DNA from: Lachnospiraceae bacterium
Lineage (GTDB): Bacteria > Bacillota > Clostridia > Lachnospirales > Lachnospiraceae
Length of the DNA: 61,150 bases
Reading direction: 5' to 3'
NCBI GenBank assembly: GCA_017458765.1
Contig: JAFSZZ010000110.1
Coordinates: forward strand, 1-61,150
This document shows positions 45,082-54,112 of this stretch, piece after piece (position 1 is the first letter of the stretch; each line of letters opens with the position of its first letter). The position numbers and the translations under genes are program-made. The notes beneath the pieces were generated by a model that ran no database searches, was not told the origin of the DNA, and was given only the letters and a program-made list of their open reading frames with translations.

Positions 45082-48000
45082 TCAGAGGATATGTGGAACA
45101 GGCTTTGGAGCCTGATTATGTGTGCTTGCGTAGAAGGCTTCGATCTGTGCTTCTTCGTAGGACATACCCTTCTCCTCGAACTGACCCGTCAGGATCATCA
45201 GCTTCCTGTAATCCTCGGGGATTATCTTCTTAAATCTGGGAAGATAAGCATCGAAATTATCGAGGATATCCTTAGCCTTAAGCGAACCGGTATAATTGTA
45301 ATGCTTCGTGAGCATTCCCTTTAATTCATTACAGTCATTCTTATTCTCAACCGGCTCCATGAGCACAAGATCCCTGTTAAGGTTTCTGTAAAGTGTGTTG
45401 TGTTCATCAAGGACATAGGCAACACCGCCGCTCATTCCGGCTGCAAAGTTCTTGCCGGTGGGACCTATGACAACCACGCGTCCTCCTGTCATGTATTCAC
45501 AGCCGTGCTCTCCCACACCCTCAACTACGGCATATGCGCCCGAGTTCCTGACTGCGAACCTTTCACCTGCCATTCCTTCGAAATAAGCCTCGCCCGAGGT
45601 TGCGCCATACAGTGCGACATTACCTATGATTATATTGTTCTCGGCGTCATAGCCCGCATTTTCGGGAGCACGTACTATGATCTTGCCGCCGGACAGTCCC
45701 TTGCCAATGTAATCGTTGCTGTCACCGTACAGATTAAGTGTGAGCCCCTTCGGTATAAATGCACCGAAGCTCTGCCCTCCGTGTCCGTGGCAGTCAAGTA
45801 CGATCGTATCTTCATTAAGTCCTTCGGGCACCTGTCTTGTTATCTCGCTTCCGAGCAGAGTGCCGAAGGTCCTGTCCGTATTTGTAAGCGTGATCTTCTC
45901 GCGGCATACCTTTCCCGATCTGATCGCATCCATGACAGATCTCTTATTTAACAGACAGCTCTCATCCTTGGTCTTTTCAAGCTCAAAATCAAATACCCTG
46001 GCAGGATCGAATACACGTGCATCCGATTCTTCATACTCAAGGATCCCTGAAATATCTATCTTCGCGGCATTGCCGCCAAGCCCGTCCTTACGTTTAAGCA
46101 GGTCTGTACGTCCGGCCATTTCGGATATCGTATGCACTCCGAGTCTTGCCATATATTCCCTTAATTCCTGTGCGATAAAGCGCATGAAGTTCTCCACATA
46201 TTCCGCCTTGCCGGTAAACCGCTTGCGAAGCTCCGGGTTCTGCGTTGCCACTCCGAAGGGACAGGTATCAAGATTACATACCCTCATCATCGCACAGCCG
46301 AGAGTCACAAGAGGTGCAGTTGCAAAGCCGAATTCCTCAGCTCCAAGAAGAGCCGCGATCGCCACATCCCTTCCGCTCATCAGCTTGCCGTCAGTCTCTA
46401 TTACCACACGGTCCCTTAATCCGTTACGGATAAGCGTCTTGTGGGTTTCTGCAAGTCCCAGTTCCCAGGGAAGTCCCGCATTATGTATGGAGCTTATCGG
46501 AGCTGCACCCGTACCGCCGTCGTATCCGGATATAAGGATAACCTGAGCTCCTGCCTTGGCAACGCCGGCAGCTATGGTTCCCACTCCCGCTTCCGATACC
46601 AGCTTGACGCTGATACGTGCGTTTTTATTTGAATTCTTAAGGTCGTAGATAAGCTGTGCCAGATCCTCGATAGAGTATATGTCATGATGAGGCGGCGGTG
46701 ATATAAGGCTTACGCCGGGTGTTGAATGCCTGGTCTTGGCGATCCAGGGATATACCTTGCCGGCCGGAAGATGACCGCCTTCACCGGGCTTGGCTCCCTG
46801 TGCCATCTTGATCTGTATTTCCTTTGCACTTACAAGATATTTGCTTGTAACACCGAACCTTCCGCTGGCCACCTGCTTGATCGCAGAGCTGCGGTTTTCA
46901 GTGCCGGATCCGGAACCTGAATAGCCCGCCTTATTTCCTTCGCCTTTAAACATACCCGACGATTCCATACGCTCGTCGCTCTCACCGCCCTCGCCGCTGT
47001 TTGACTTTCCATGAAGCCGGTTCATTGCAACGGCAAGCGCCTCATGAGCCTCCTCGGATATGGAACCGTATGACATTGCGCCTGTCTTAAACCTTGTAAC
47101 GATGCTGTCTACGCTCTCGACCTCGGAAATATCTATTCCCTGTTCCGGATAATTAAAATCAATGATACTGCGTATATAGCCTGTCCGCTCACTGTCCACC
47201 ATTTCGGTATATTTCCTGAACTTGCCGTAATCGCCCTCTCTGGTGGCACTCTGGAGCATATGGATGGTCTGCGGATTGTATCTGTGCTCTTCACCCTGCG
47301 AACGCATCTTGTGGCGTCCTATCGAATCGGGGGTCAGATCGGCTTCAAGTCCCAGCGGATCGAACGCCTTCGAATGCTGCTCATCCGCTGCTGTTGCGAT
47401 ATCATCAAGAGAAATACCGCCTATCCTGCTGACCGTACCGGTGAAATATCTGTCTATTACCTTCTGCGATATACCGAGGCATTCGAAGATCTTGGAGCCC
47501 TGATAGGACTGCACTGTTGAGATTCCCATCTTCGATGCTATCTTGATTATGCCCCCGAGGACCGCCCTGTCATAGTCATCAACCGCTGCGTAGTAATCCT
47601 TATCAAGACTTCCTTCATCTATAAGTTCGCCGATCACCGCATGGGCAAGATACGGATTGACAGCACTCGCACCGTAGCCTAACAGCAGTGCGAAATGATG
47701 TACTTCCCTTGGCTCGCCGGATTCAAGCACCAGTGACATGGCAGTGCACTTTTTGGTATCGACCAGATGCTTATGGACTGCAGCAACAGCAAGAAGCGAA
47801 GGGATCGCGACATGATTCTCATCAACACCCCTGTCGGAAAGTATGAGTATATTGGCACCCTCGCGGTATACCTTGTCAACCTCGACGAAAAGATGATCAA
47901 TAACACGAGTTATCGGAGTGCTCTTGTAATACAGTATGGATACCCTGGCCACCTTGAAGCCGGGCCTGTTCATCTTTTCTATCTTGAGAAGGTCAAGATC

Positions 48001-49719
48001 GGTAAGGATGGGATTCTCGACCTTCAGCATATGGCAGTTATGAGCCTGCTCCTCAAGAAGATTACCGTTCTTGCCAAGGTAGACAGTCGTTGAGGTTACT
48101 ATCTTCTCCCTGGCAGCATCGATAGGCGGATTGGTAACCTGGGCAAACATCTGCTTGAAATAGTTAAACAACGGTTGATATTGTTTGGAGAGTACCGCTA
48201 TCGGCGTATCGATACCCATAGCTCCTATGTTTTCGGCACCTGTAAGTGCCATGGTCTCGATGCTTTCCCTGCATTCTTCATAGGTATACCCGAAGGCCTT
48301 CTTAAGCTGCTGCTTCTCTCTGTCTGTATAAGAAGTGACTTTGCAGTTAGGGATTTTCAGCTCATGCAGGGTGAGCAGGTTGGAATCAAGCCATTCACCG
48401 TATGGCTCCTTATTGGCGTAGTATTCCTTGAGTTCTTCATCGGACACTATTCTGCCCTGTACGGTGTCAATCAGCAGCATTTTGCCGGGATGCAGGCGTT
48501 CCTTCTTTAGGATGTGTTCCTCCGGTAATTCCAGAACTCCCACCTCCGATGAAAGTATCAGCCTGTCGTCATCCATTATGTAATATCTTGAGGGTCTCAG
48601 ACCGTTCCTGTCAAGGATCGCACCCATTACATCACCGTCCGAGAACAGTATCGATGCCGGACCGTCCCAGGGCTCCATCATGGTTGCGTAATACTGATAG
48701 AAATCACGCACCTCCTGGGATATCGTATCGTTGTGCGCCCATGGCTCGGGAACCATCATCATGGCGGCCAGCGGAAGGTCGATCCCACTCATAGACAGGA
48801 ATTCGAGCGTATTGTCAAACATTGCCGAATCGGAACCCCACGCCGGGATAACGGGTAATACCTTGGTCATATCCTCTGAACTGAACATACCGGTATACAT
48901 GGTTTCCTCACGGGCAAGCATCTTGTCAACGTTACCCTTGATTGTATTTATCTCCCCGTTATGCACCATCATCCTGTTGGGATGCGCCTTTTCCCAGCTG
49001 GGGGTCGTATTGGTGGAGAAACGTGAGTGTACCATGGCAATCGCCGACTTATATGAAGCATCGTCAAGATCCGTAAAGAAGGTACGGAGCTGACCGACAA
49101 GGAACATTCCCTTGTACACGATCGTACGGCATGACAGTGAGCATACGTAGGTATTGTCGGTACTCTGCTCGAATACACGTCTTATAACATACAGCTTTCT
49201 GTCGAAATCCTTATCTGTTTCCGTTTCTTCGGGACGCCCCACGAAGCCCTGATAAATAGCCGGCATACAGTCACGCGCCCGCTTGCCGAGTACTTTCTCA
49301 TCAACTTTAACTTTACGCCATCCAAGAAAGTCACAGCCCTCTTTTCTTACTATCACCTCAAACATCTTCATGGCGCGCTTCCTTAACAGCTCATCAACCG
49401 GAAAGAAGAACATACCTACGCCGTAACCGCGCTTCTTTTGAAGCTCTATACCAAGCTCCTTACATTCCTTTACAAAGAATTCATGGGGGATACGTGTGAG
49501 TATGCCTACACCGTCGCCCGTCTCACCGGACGCATCCTTTCCGGCGCGGTGTTCAAGATGTTCAACTATCTTTAATGCATCCGATACCACGGCGTGATCG
49601 TCCTTACCGTTTATGTTCACGATAGCTCCGATACCGCAGTTCTCATGTTCATCAAGCATAGCATGGTTCCGGATATCCTCCGGGTTATCATTTAATAAAT
49701 CCTTTGTCTGATCTGCCAT
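45082..49719 (-). CDS. gltB: Glutamate synthase large subunit
   Basis: Ntn amidotransferase domain (HENCGIGAIV), a central FMN/3Fe-4S domain and a C-terminal GXGXG beta-helix; 1545 aa; AAGGAGGA RBS. Confidence 0.93.
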   Translation of the reverse strand: MADQTKDLLNDNPEDIRNHAMLDEHENCGIGAIVNINGKDDHAVVSDALKIVEHLEHRAGKDASGETGDGVGILTRIPHEFFVKECKELGIELQKKRGYGVGMFFFPVDELLRKRAMKMFEVIVRKEGCDFLGWRKVKVDEKVLGKRARDCMPAIYQGFVGRPEETETDKDFDRKLYVIRRVFEQSTDNTYVCSLSCRTIVYKGMFLVGQLRTFFTDLDDASYKSAIAMVHSRFSTNTTPSWEKAHPNRMMVHNGEINTIKGNVDKMLAREETMYTGMFSSEDMTKVLPVIPAWGSDSAMFDNTLEFLSMSGIDLPLAAMMMVPEPWAHNDTISQEVRDFYQYYATMMEPWDGPASILFSDGDVMGAILDRNGLRPSRYYIMDDDRLILSSEVGVLELPEEHILKKERLHPGKMLLIDTVQGRIVSDEELKEYYANKEPYGEWLDSNLLTLHELKIPNCKVTSYTDREKQQLKKAFGYTYEECRESIETMALTGAENIGAMGIDTPIAVLSKQYQPLFNYFKQMFAQVTNPPIDAAREKIVTSTTVYLGKNGNLLEEQAHNCHMLKVENPILTDLDLLKIEKMNRPGFKVARVSILYYKSTPITRVIDHLFVEVDKVYREGANILILSDRGVDENHVAIPSLLAVAAVHKHLVDTKKCTAMSLVLESGEPREVHHFALLLGYGASAVNPYLAHAVIGELIDEGSLDKDYYAAVDDYDRAVLGGIIKIASKMGISTVQSYQGSKIFECLGISQKVIDRYFTGTVSRIGGISLDDIATAADEQHSKAFDPLGLEADLTPDSIGRHKMRSQGEEHRYNPQTIHMLQSATREGDYGKFRKYTEMVDSERTGYIRSIIDFNYPEQGIDISEVESVDSIVTRFKTGAMSYGSISEEAHEALAVAMNRLHGKSNSGEGGESDERMESSGMFKGEGNKAGYSGSGSGTENRSSAIKQVASGRFGVTSKYLVSAKEIQIKMAQGAKPGEGGHLPAGKVYPWIAKTRHSTPGVSLISPPPHHDIYSIEDLAQLIYDLKNSNKNARISVKLVSEAGVGTIAAGVAKAGAQVILISGYDGGTGAAPISSIHNAGLPWELGLAETHKTLIRNGLRDRVVIETDGKLMSGRDVAIAALLGAEEFGFATAPLVTLGCAMMRVCNLDTCPFGVATQNPELRKRFTGKAEYVENFMRFIAQELREYMARLGVHTISEMAGRTDLLKRKDGLGGNAAKIDISGILEYEESDARVFDPARVFDFELEKTKDESCLLNKRSVMDAIRSGKVCREKITLTNTDRTFGTLLGSEITRQVPEGLNEDTIVLDCHGHGGQSFGAFIPKGLTLNLYGDSNDYIGKGLSGGKIIVRAPENAGYDAENNIIIGNVALYGATSGEAYFEGMAGERFAVRNSGAYAVVEGVGEHGCEYMTGGRVVVIGPTGKNFAAGMSGGVAYVLDEHNTLYRNLNRDLVLMEPVENKNDCNELKGMLTKHYNYTGSLKAKDILDNFDAYLPRFKKIIPEDYRKLMILTGQFEEKGMSYEEAQIEAFYASTHNQAPKPVPHIL

Positions 49720-49752
49720 TTATATTTCCTCCTTATGACGGTTTACAGCCTC

Positions 49753-49793
49753 AAAAAAGCGCCAATCCTGCAATAGGATTGACGCCGTTGTCT
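49753..49793 (-). terminator. Class-2 hairpin plus U-tract between asnB and gltB
   Basis: Minus strand AGACAACGGCGTCAATCC-tattgca-GGATTGGCGC-TTTTTTG. Homologous to 30600-30637. Confidence 0.65.
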
Positions 49794-49854
49794 TAAAATA
49801 AAAAAGAAAATTCACTTTTGCATCCACTGTTTCAACGCTTGACCGGTGCATGGC

Positions 49855-51585
49855 TCATTCGCCGGAAGCACCGTAGTTACTCAGAACCCTCGCGGACGGG
49901 TCGTTCACGTCACAGCCTTCCCATTCTTTATTCGGCATCCAGAAATCCTTGACCATCTGCGACTGCCCCGGGTAATATTTCTCGAATATCTCGCGGTACA
50001 GAAGCGACTCCTTGGTAAACGGTCTTGCATGATCATATTTTTTGATCAGCTCTTCATATTCTTTATCAGAATATTTGCCTTCTGCATATTCCTTCAGGTG
50101 ATCCACCATCGAATGACCCACCGCATCGGAGAATGCCGCCTTCTCCCTCATCAGGATATCATACGGAAGGAAATCACCCTCGAAAGCATGCCTTAACAGG
50201 TACTTTCCCTTGTTATAAACATTCATCTTCTTGGCAGGATCTATACTCATGACATATTTAACAAAGTCAAGATCGCCAAACGGTACCCTCGCCTCCAGTG
50301 AGTTGACCGATATACATCTGTCGGCTCGGAGTACATCATACATATGTATCTCATGGATACGCTTGACAGCTTCCTTCTGGAATTCCTCAGGCGAGGGTGC
50401 AAAATCGGTGTACTTATATCCGAACAGTTCATCCGAGATTTCGCCTGTAAGGAGTACCCTGATATCGGTCTGTTCGTGTATAGCCTTGCAGACAAGGTAC
50501 ATTCCCATGCTGGCTCTTATGGTCGTGATATCGTAGGTTCCAAGAAGCTTAATAACGTTCGGAAGCTCGCGGATAACGTCTTCCTTCGTGATTATTACCT
50601 CTGTGTGATCACTGCCCAGATAGTCAGCTACCTGCTTCGCATATTTAAGATCGATGGCATCTGTGTTCATACCGATCGCGAAGGTCTTTATCGGCCTGTC
50701 TGACAGCTTGGAAGCTACCGCACATACAAGCGAGCTGTCAAGTCCTCCGCTTAACAGGAAGCCTACCGGAGCATCGGAATCAAGCCTCTTCTCAATACCC
50801 TTGACCAGTCTGTCATGAATGTTCCTGCATACTGTATCAAGGTCATCATCCACTACCTTATCGACCCTTGTTATATCGTTGTAGCAGACGAACTCTCCGT
50901 CTTTATAATAATGGCCCGGCGGGAACGGAAAGATCTCATCCACCAGTCCGACAAGGTTCTTTGCCTCGGATGCGAATACGATTTCCTTGTCCTTGGCTGC
51001 CTTATACTCTTCATCGGAAGTTTTACCTGTTGTACCTGATTTATATGCAATTCTTCCTTCACCTTTTATCCTTTCATCGGTTATTCCTTCATCGGCTCTT
51101 ATCCTTTCGCCGGTTATTCCTTCATCGGCTGTTATCCCGGACTTCACATGCCCATAATACAGCGGCCGTATGCCGATCGGGTCACGCGCGGCTATGAATG
51201 ATCTCTCTTTCCCGTCATATATTATGCATGCGAACTCGGCATCCAGCTTCTCAAACATATCCGTACCGTACTGCTCATACATGGGCAACAGCAGCTCACA
51301 GTCGGAATCACTCTTAAATGTATAGCCCTTTTTCTTAAGCTCCTCCTTTATGGGACGAAAGCCATATATTTCACCGTTGCAGACAAGGAAATTACTGTTA
51401 AGGTTAAACGGCTGCATACCCTCCTCGCTAAGTCCCATTATCGACAGACGCTCAAATCCCATGATTCCGCCCGGAATATCAATTATCCTCTGCATATCCG
51501 GCCCCCTCGATATCGTCCTGTCGAAATGTTCCCTGAATTCATCCTTTGTAAGGCTTTTGCCAAGATAACCCATTATGGAACACAT
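49855..51585 (-). CDS. asnB: Asparagine synthase (glutamine-hydrolysing) with a repeat-encoded insert
   Basis: MCSIMGY (Cys2 nucleophile) and the PP-loop FLLSGGLDSS. Insert ...GITADEGITGERIRADEGITDERIKGEG... AAAGGAGG RBS. Confidence 0.9.
   Translation of the reverse strand: MCSIMGYLGKSLTKDEFREHFDRTISRGPDMQRIIDIPGGIMGFERLSIMGLSEEGMQPFNLNSNFLVCNGEIYGFRPIKEELKKKGYTFKSDSDCELLLPMYEQYGTDMFEKLDAEFACIIYDGKERSFIAARDPIGIRPLYYGHVKSGITADEGITGERIRADEGITDERIKGEGRIAYKSGTTGKTSDEEYKAAKDKEIVFASEAKNLVGLVDEIFPFPPGHYYKDGEFVCYNDITRVDKVVDDDLDTVCRNIHDRLVKGIEKRLDSDAPVGFLLSGGLDSSLVCAVASKLSDRPIKTFAIGMNTDAIDLKYAKQVADYLGSDHTEVIITKEDVIRELPNVIKLLGTYDITTIRASMGMYLVCKAIHEQTDIRVLLTGEISDELFGYKYTDFAPSPEEFQKEAVKRIHEIHMYDVLRADRCISVNSLEARVPFGDLDFVKYVMSIDPAKKMNVYNKGKYLLRHAFEGDFLPYDILMREKAAFSDAVGHSMVDHLKEYAEGKYSDKEYEELIKKYDHARPFTKESLLYREIFEKYYPGQSQMVKDFWMPNKEWEGCDVNDPSARVLSNYGASGE
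51068..51141. repeat. 2.2 x 33-bp in-frame tandem repeat inside asnB
   Basis: tatcctttcatcggttattccttcatcggctct / tatcctttcgccggttattccttcatcggctgt / tatcccgg. Confidence 0.9.
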
Positions 51586-51611
51586 TTTTCTTTGCCTCCT
51601 TTAATATGTCT

Positions 51612-51674
51612 CAACTATTCAGAACGACACATATATTATAAATATAGTGCGCCGAGTCATTATCTGAACAGTTG
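51612..51674. repeat. Degenerate family-A inverted-repeat pair in the asnB leader
   Basis: caactattcagaacg ... cattatctgaacagttg. The internal cacatatattataaatat resembles the right end of the 14305-14558 element. Confidence 0.55.
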
Positions 51675-51684
51675 CCTGAATTTA

Positions 51685-51765
51685 CAAAAGAAGAAGGCGC
51701 CTCGACTTACGTCGAAGCGCCCTCGCTTACAGTAAATATTATATAAACAGTTTTCCGGTTGTCAA
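51685..51765 (-). promoter_or_regulatory. asnB promoter plus class-1 leader module
   Basis: Minus strand TTGACA-N16-TATAAT-7nt-GTAAGC GAGGGC GCTTCGACGTAAGTCGAGGCGCC-TTCTTCTTTTG. Confidence 0.7.
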
Positions 51766-51856
51766 GATTTTTTTTACAAGCTTTTTTACAAGCTTTTATA
51801 CAAGCTTATTTACAAGCTTTTTTCATAAGCTATTTTTCATAATCTTTTTACAAGCC
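51766..51856. repeat. 7 x ~12-bp tandem T-tract repeat (TTTTTTACAAGC) abutting the asnB -35
   Basis: TACAAGC/CATAAGC cores at 51775, 51787, 51799, 51811, 51824, 51838 and 51849. Confidence 0.85.
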
Positions 51857-51940
51857 ATTTAATAAACTGATTCTCATAAACTATTTTTTACATATTTGTT
51901 TTGGGTTATATATGTTTAGTATCTGTGTGTTTTCTCCGGC

Positions 51941-52107
51941 GAACACGCAATAATTGGATTTGTCTCGATTTGCGTGTCGAAAAAAATTACGCTGCGAGAA
52001 ATTTACACGCGGTTTTCCGCTTTTATCCCCATTTGCGTGTCCGGACTTTCAGCCACGAAAAAAATTCGACACGCGGATTAAGGTGAAGCTGCAAAATGCG
52101 TGTCTGG
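51941..52107. repeat. 3 x ~63-bp degenerate unit, each an inverted repeat ACACGC-N23/24-GCGTGT
   Basis: ACACGC at 51943, 52005 and 52069. GCGTGT at 51972, 52035 and 52098. Confidence 0.8.
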
Positions 52108-52127
52108 ATCAACAATTTAAAGAAATG

Positions 52128-52285
52128 ATAGTATGATTAAAGGGTCAAAAGCCTGTCAACACCACAAGCTTGCGACGCGTAGCTAGTCCTTTAGGGCTTG
52201 ATGGTGGGTAGGATTGTGAGAGTGCGAAGCACGGAACAATCCGTTAATCAAAAAAAGTATAGTTTTGACCCCTAAATCATAGTAT
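52128..52285. mobile_element. 158-bp MITE-like element with ~23-bp imperfect terminal inverted repeats
   Basis: atagtatgattaaagggtcaaaa ... ttttgacccctaaatcatagtat (20/23). The internal 27-mer tgcgacgcgtagctagtcctttagggc is shared (1 mismatch, inverted) with 14485-14511. Confidence 0.5.
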
Positions 52286-52331
52286 TGAAAAGAAATCACC
52301 CATTACAAAGAAACCATTCATTACAAAGACA

Positions 52332-53981
52332 TCACTCATTGTAAACCTTCAGATCCAGCATGTTTTCAGATCTGGCCACTATCAGGGCTGCCGCCATATC
52401 GCCTGTTATATTGGTCATCGTATCGAACATATCCAGGACCGGATATATAGGTATGATAAGTCCCAATGCTTCAACAGGCACTCCCAGCACCTTAAGTATT
52501 ATACCTATGCATAAAAGGCCTGAACCGGGGACTCCCGGAGCACCAAGCGAAAGAAGTACAATAGTGATAAAAAGCGGCAGAATACTCGATGCCGGAATAT
52601 CTATTCCGTAGGCTCTGGCAAGAAAAATCCCCAGGATAACCTGAAGCATGCAGGCTGCGTCCATATTTATGGTCGCACCGAGCGGAATAGAGAAATTGGC
52701 AATTGCCGGAGATATACCAAGCTTTTCCGTGCAAACCCTCATATTGGTAGGTACCGCCGCGGAACTGGAGGTAAGGGTAAAGCCGGTAAGCATACCCTCC
52801 CTGGCTTTTTTGTAGAACTTAAGCGGATTTAACCGGCCCATTATCAGAATAAGCAAACCGTATACTATCATAATACCCGCACAGGAAAGAATCTGAAGCA
52901 TAACCGCACCCAGAAGTGACAGAAACGCATCGGTTTTCAATTCCGTTATCATAAGTGCTATGGAACAGAATGCCACAGCAGGAATAAACTTTGCGATAAG
53001 GCTTGTTATCGTTAGGAAAAGGGAATTCAAGCTCTCAAATAATTCCTTCAGATTAGCTGCACTTTCTCCCAATAATCCAAGGCTCACTCCGCACAGTATC
53101 GCCAGAAGAATAAGCTGAAGCGTACTTGTTTTCAAGAAAGGCTCAAGGAAATTGGAAGGGACTATATCTACTATGGTATCTATAAGGGATGTATTCGCCT
53201 CAGTATTTATGTTAACCTGATCCATAACCTGATTTCCGGAAAGGGCGAATCCCGGTTCTCCCGGCTTAAAAGTCATTGAAATCCCCAGTGCAAGGAATAA
53301 GGCAAACGTAGTTGTCAGAAAATACATGCTTACTATTTTTATTCCCAGCTTTCCGAAACGTGAAGCATTATCAAACTGCGTGAAGCATGTGACTATAGAG
53401 AAAAAAACGACCGGTGCGATGATTATTTTCAGGGCACTCATAAACATGGTCCTGAACGGGGAAAGAATAAAGGAGCATAATCCGGTGCTTATTGGTCCGG
53501 GTATAACAAACTTTGCCAGAAGGCCGAATATAACACCAAGAAACATGCCCCAAAGGGTTGTATAAAGAGTCTTCTTTGAGTTGTCCGAAAGGATCCTGAC
53601 GCTGTTCACGCCGTTCCTGTTGCCATACTTATACTTCTCGCCGTAAGCCTTCAGAACCACTGCTCTTATGGCATCAACCGTCATTCCGTCTTCTGAGGTA
53701 TCCCCTTCATCAAGCTCCTGTGAATAGATATCGAACCCCTCCCCCTTCATGCTAAGGGTAACGCTGACCTCACCCATCATTCTTTTAATATCGACCAGGA
53801 ATTGACTGTTACCGTTTGCATGCCGGATAAACCTTGTCAGGGTCTCTTCAAACAGAAGTTCATTTCTCAGAATCTGTTTCTTATCAATCCCCATCCCGAC
53901 AAGAGAGTCATGGATAAATGTGTTCGCCTCATCCATGTAACCGGATTTATCTGTTGAAAATAATTTCCTTACTCTTTTCAT
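52332..53981 (-). CDS. Dicarboxylate/amino acid:cation symporter (DAACS) with a ~135-aa cytoplasmic N-terminal extension
   Basis: DAACS core motifs TSSSAAVPTNM and IPLGATINMDAA. The N-terminal soluble domain has no match I can name. Confidence 0.8.
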   Translation of the reverse strand: MKRVRKLFSTDKSGYMDEANTFIHDSLVGMGIDKKQILRNELLFEETLTRFIRHANGNSQFLVDIKRMMGEVSVTLSMKGEGFDIYSQELDEGDTSEDGMTVDAIRAVVLKAYGEKYKYGNRNGVNSVRILSDNSKKTLYTTLWGMFLGVIFGLLAKFVIPGPISTGLCSFILSPFRTMFMSALKIIIAPVVFFSIVTCFTQFDNASRFGKLGIKIVSMYFLTTTFALFLALGISMTFKPGEPGFALSGNQVMDQVNINTEANTSLIDTIVDIVPSNFLEPFLKTSTLQLILLAILCGVSLGLLGESAANLKELFESLNSLFLTITSLIAKFIPAVAFCSIALMITELKTDAFLSLLGAVMLQILSCAGIMIVYGLLILIMGRLNPLKFYKKAREGMLTGFTLTSSSAAVPTNMRVCTEKLGISPAIANFSIPLGATINMDAACMLQVILGIFLARAYGIDIPASSILPLFITIVLLSLGAPGVPGSGLLCIGIILKVLGVPVEALGLIIPIYPVLDMFDTMTNITGDMAAALIVARSENMLDLKVYNE

Positions 53982-54015
53982 TGATCGCCCTCTTTCTCCT
54001 CAAAAATTCCTTACA

Positions 54016-54112
54016 GTAATCACTCCAAGAAATCACTCCCGGTAATCACTCCCAGAAATCACTCCCGGTAATCATTCCCAATAATCACCTCCACAATCAC
54101 TTCCAGAAATCC
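54016..54112. repeat. 7.5 x 13-bp tandem repeat G[TA]AATCACTCCC[GA]; the minus strand reads YGGGAGTGATTWC (SD-like)
   Basis: Units at 54016, 54029, 54042, 54055, 54068, 54081 and 54094. Unit 7 contains the stop codon of the upstream symporter. Confidence 0.9.

Noticed and set aside
51901-52136. ORFs 51901-52086 and 51954-52136 inside the ACACGC/GCGTGT array
   Set aside because: They have no RBS, their composition is dictated by the repeat units, and they overlap each other in different frames. Treated as non-coding.
54016-54112. Tandem arrays (54016-54112 and 51766-51856) considered as CRISPR arrays
   Set aside because: The units are only 12-13 bp and directly abut each other with no spacers. 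No cas genes or leader are present. They are simple tandem repeats.
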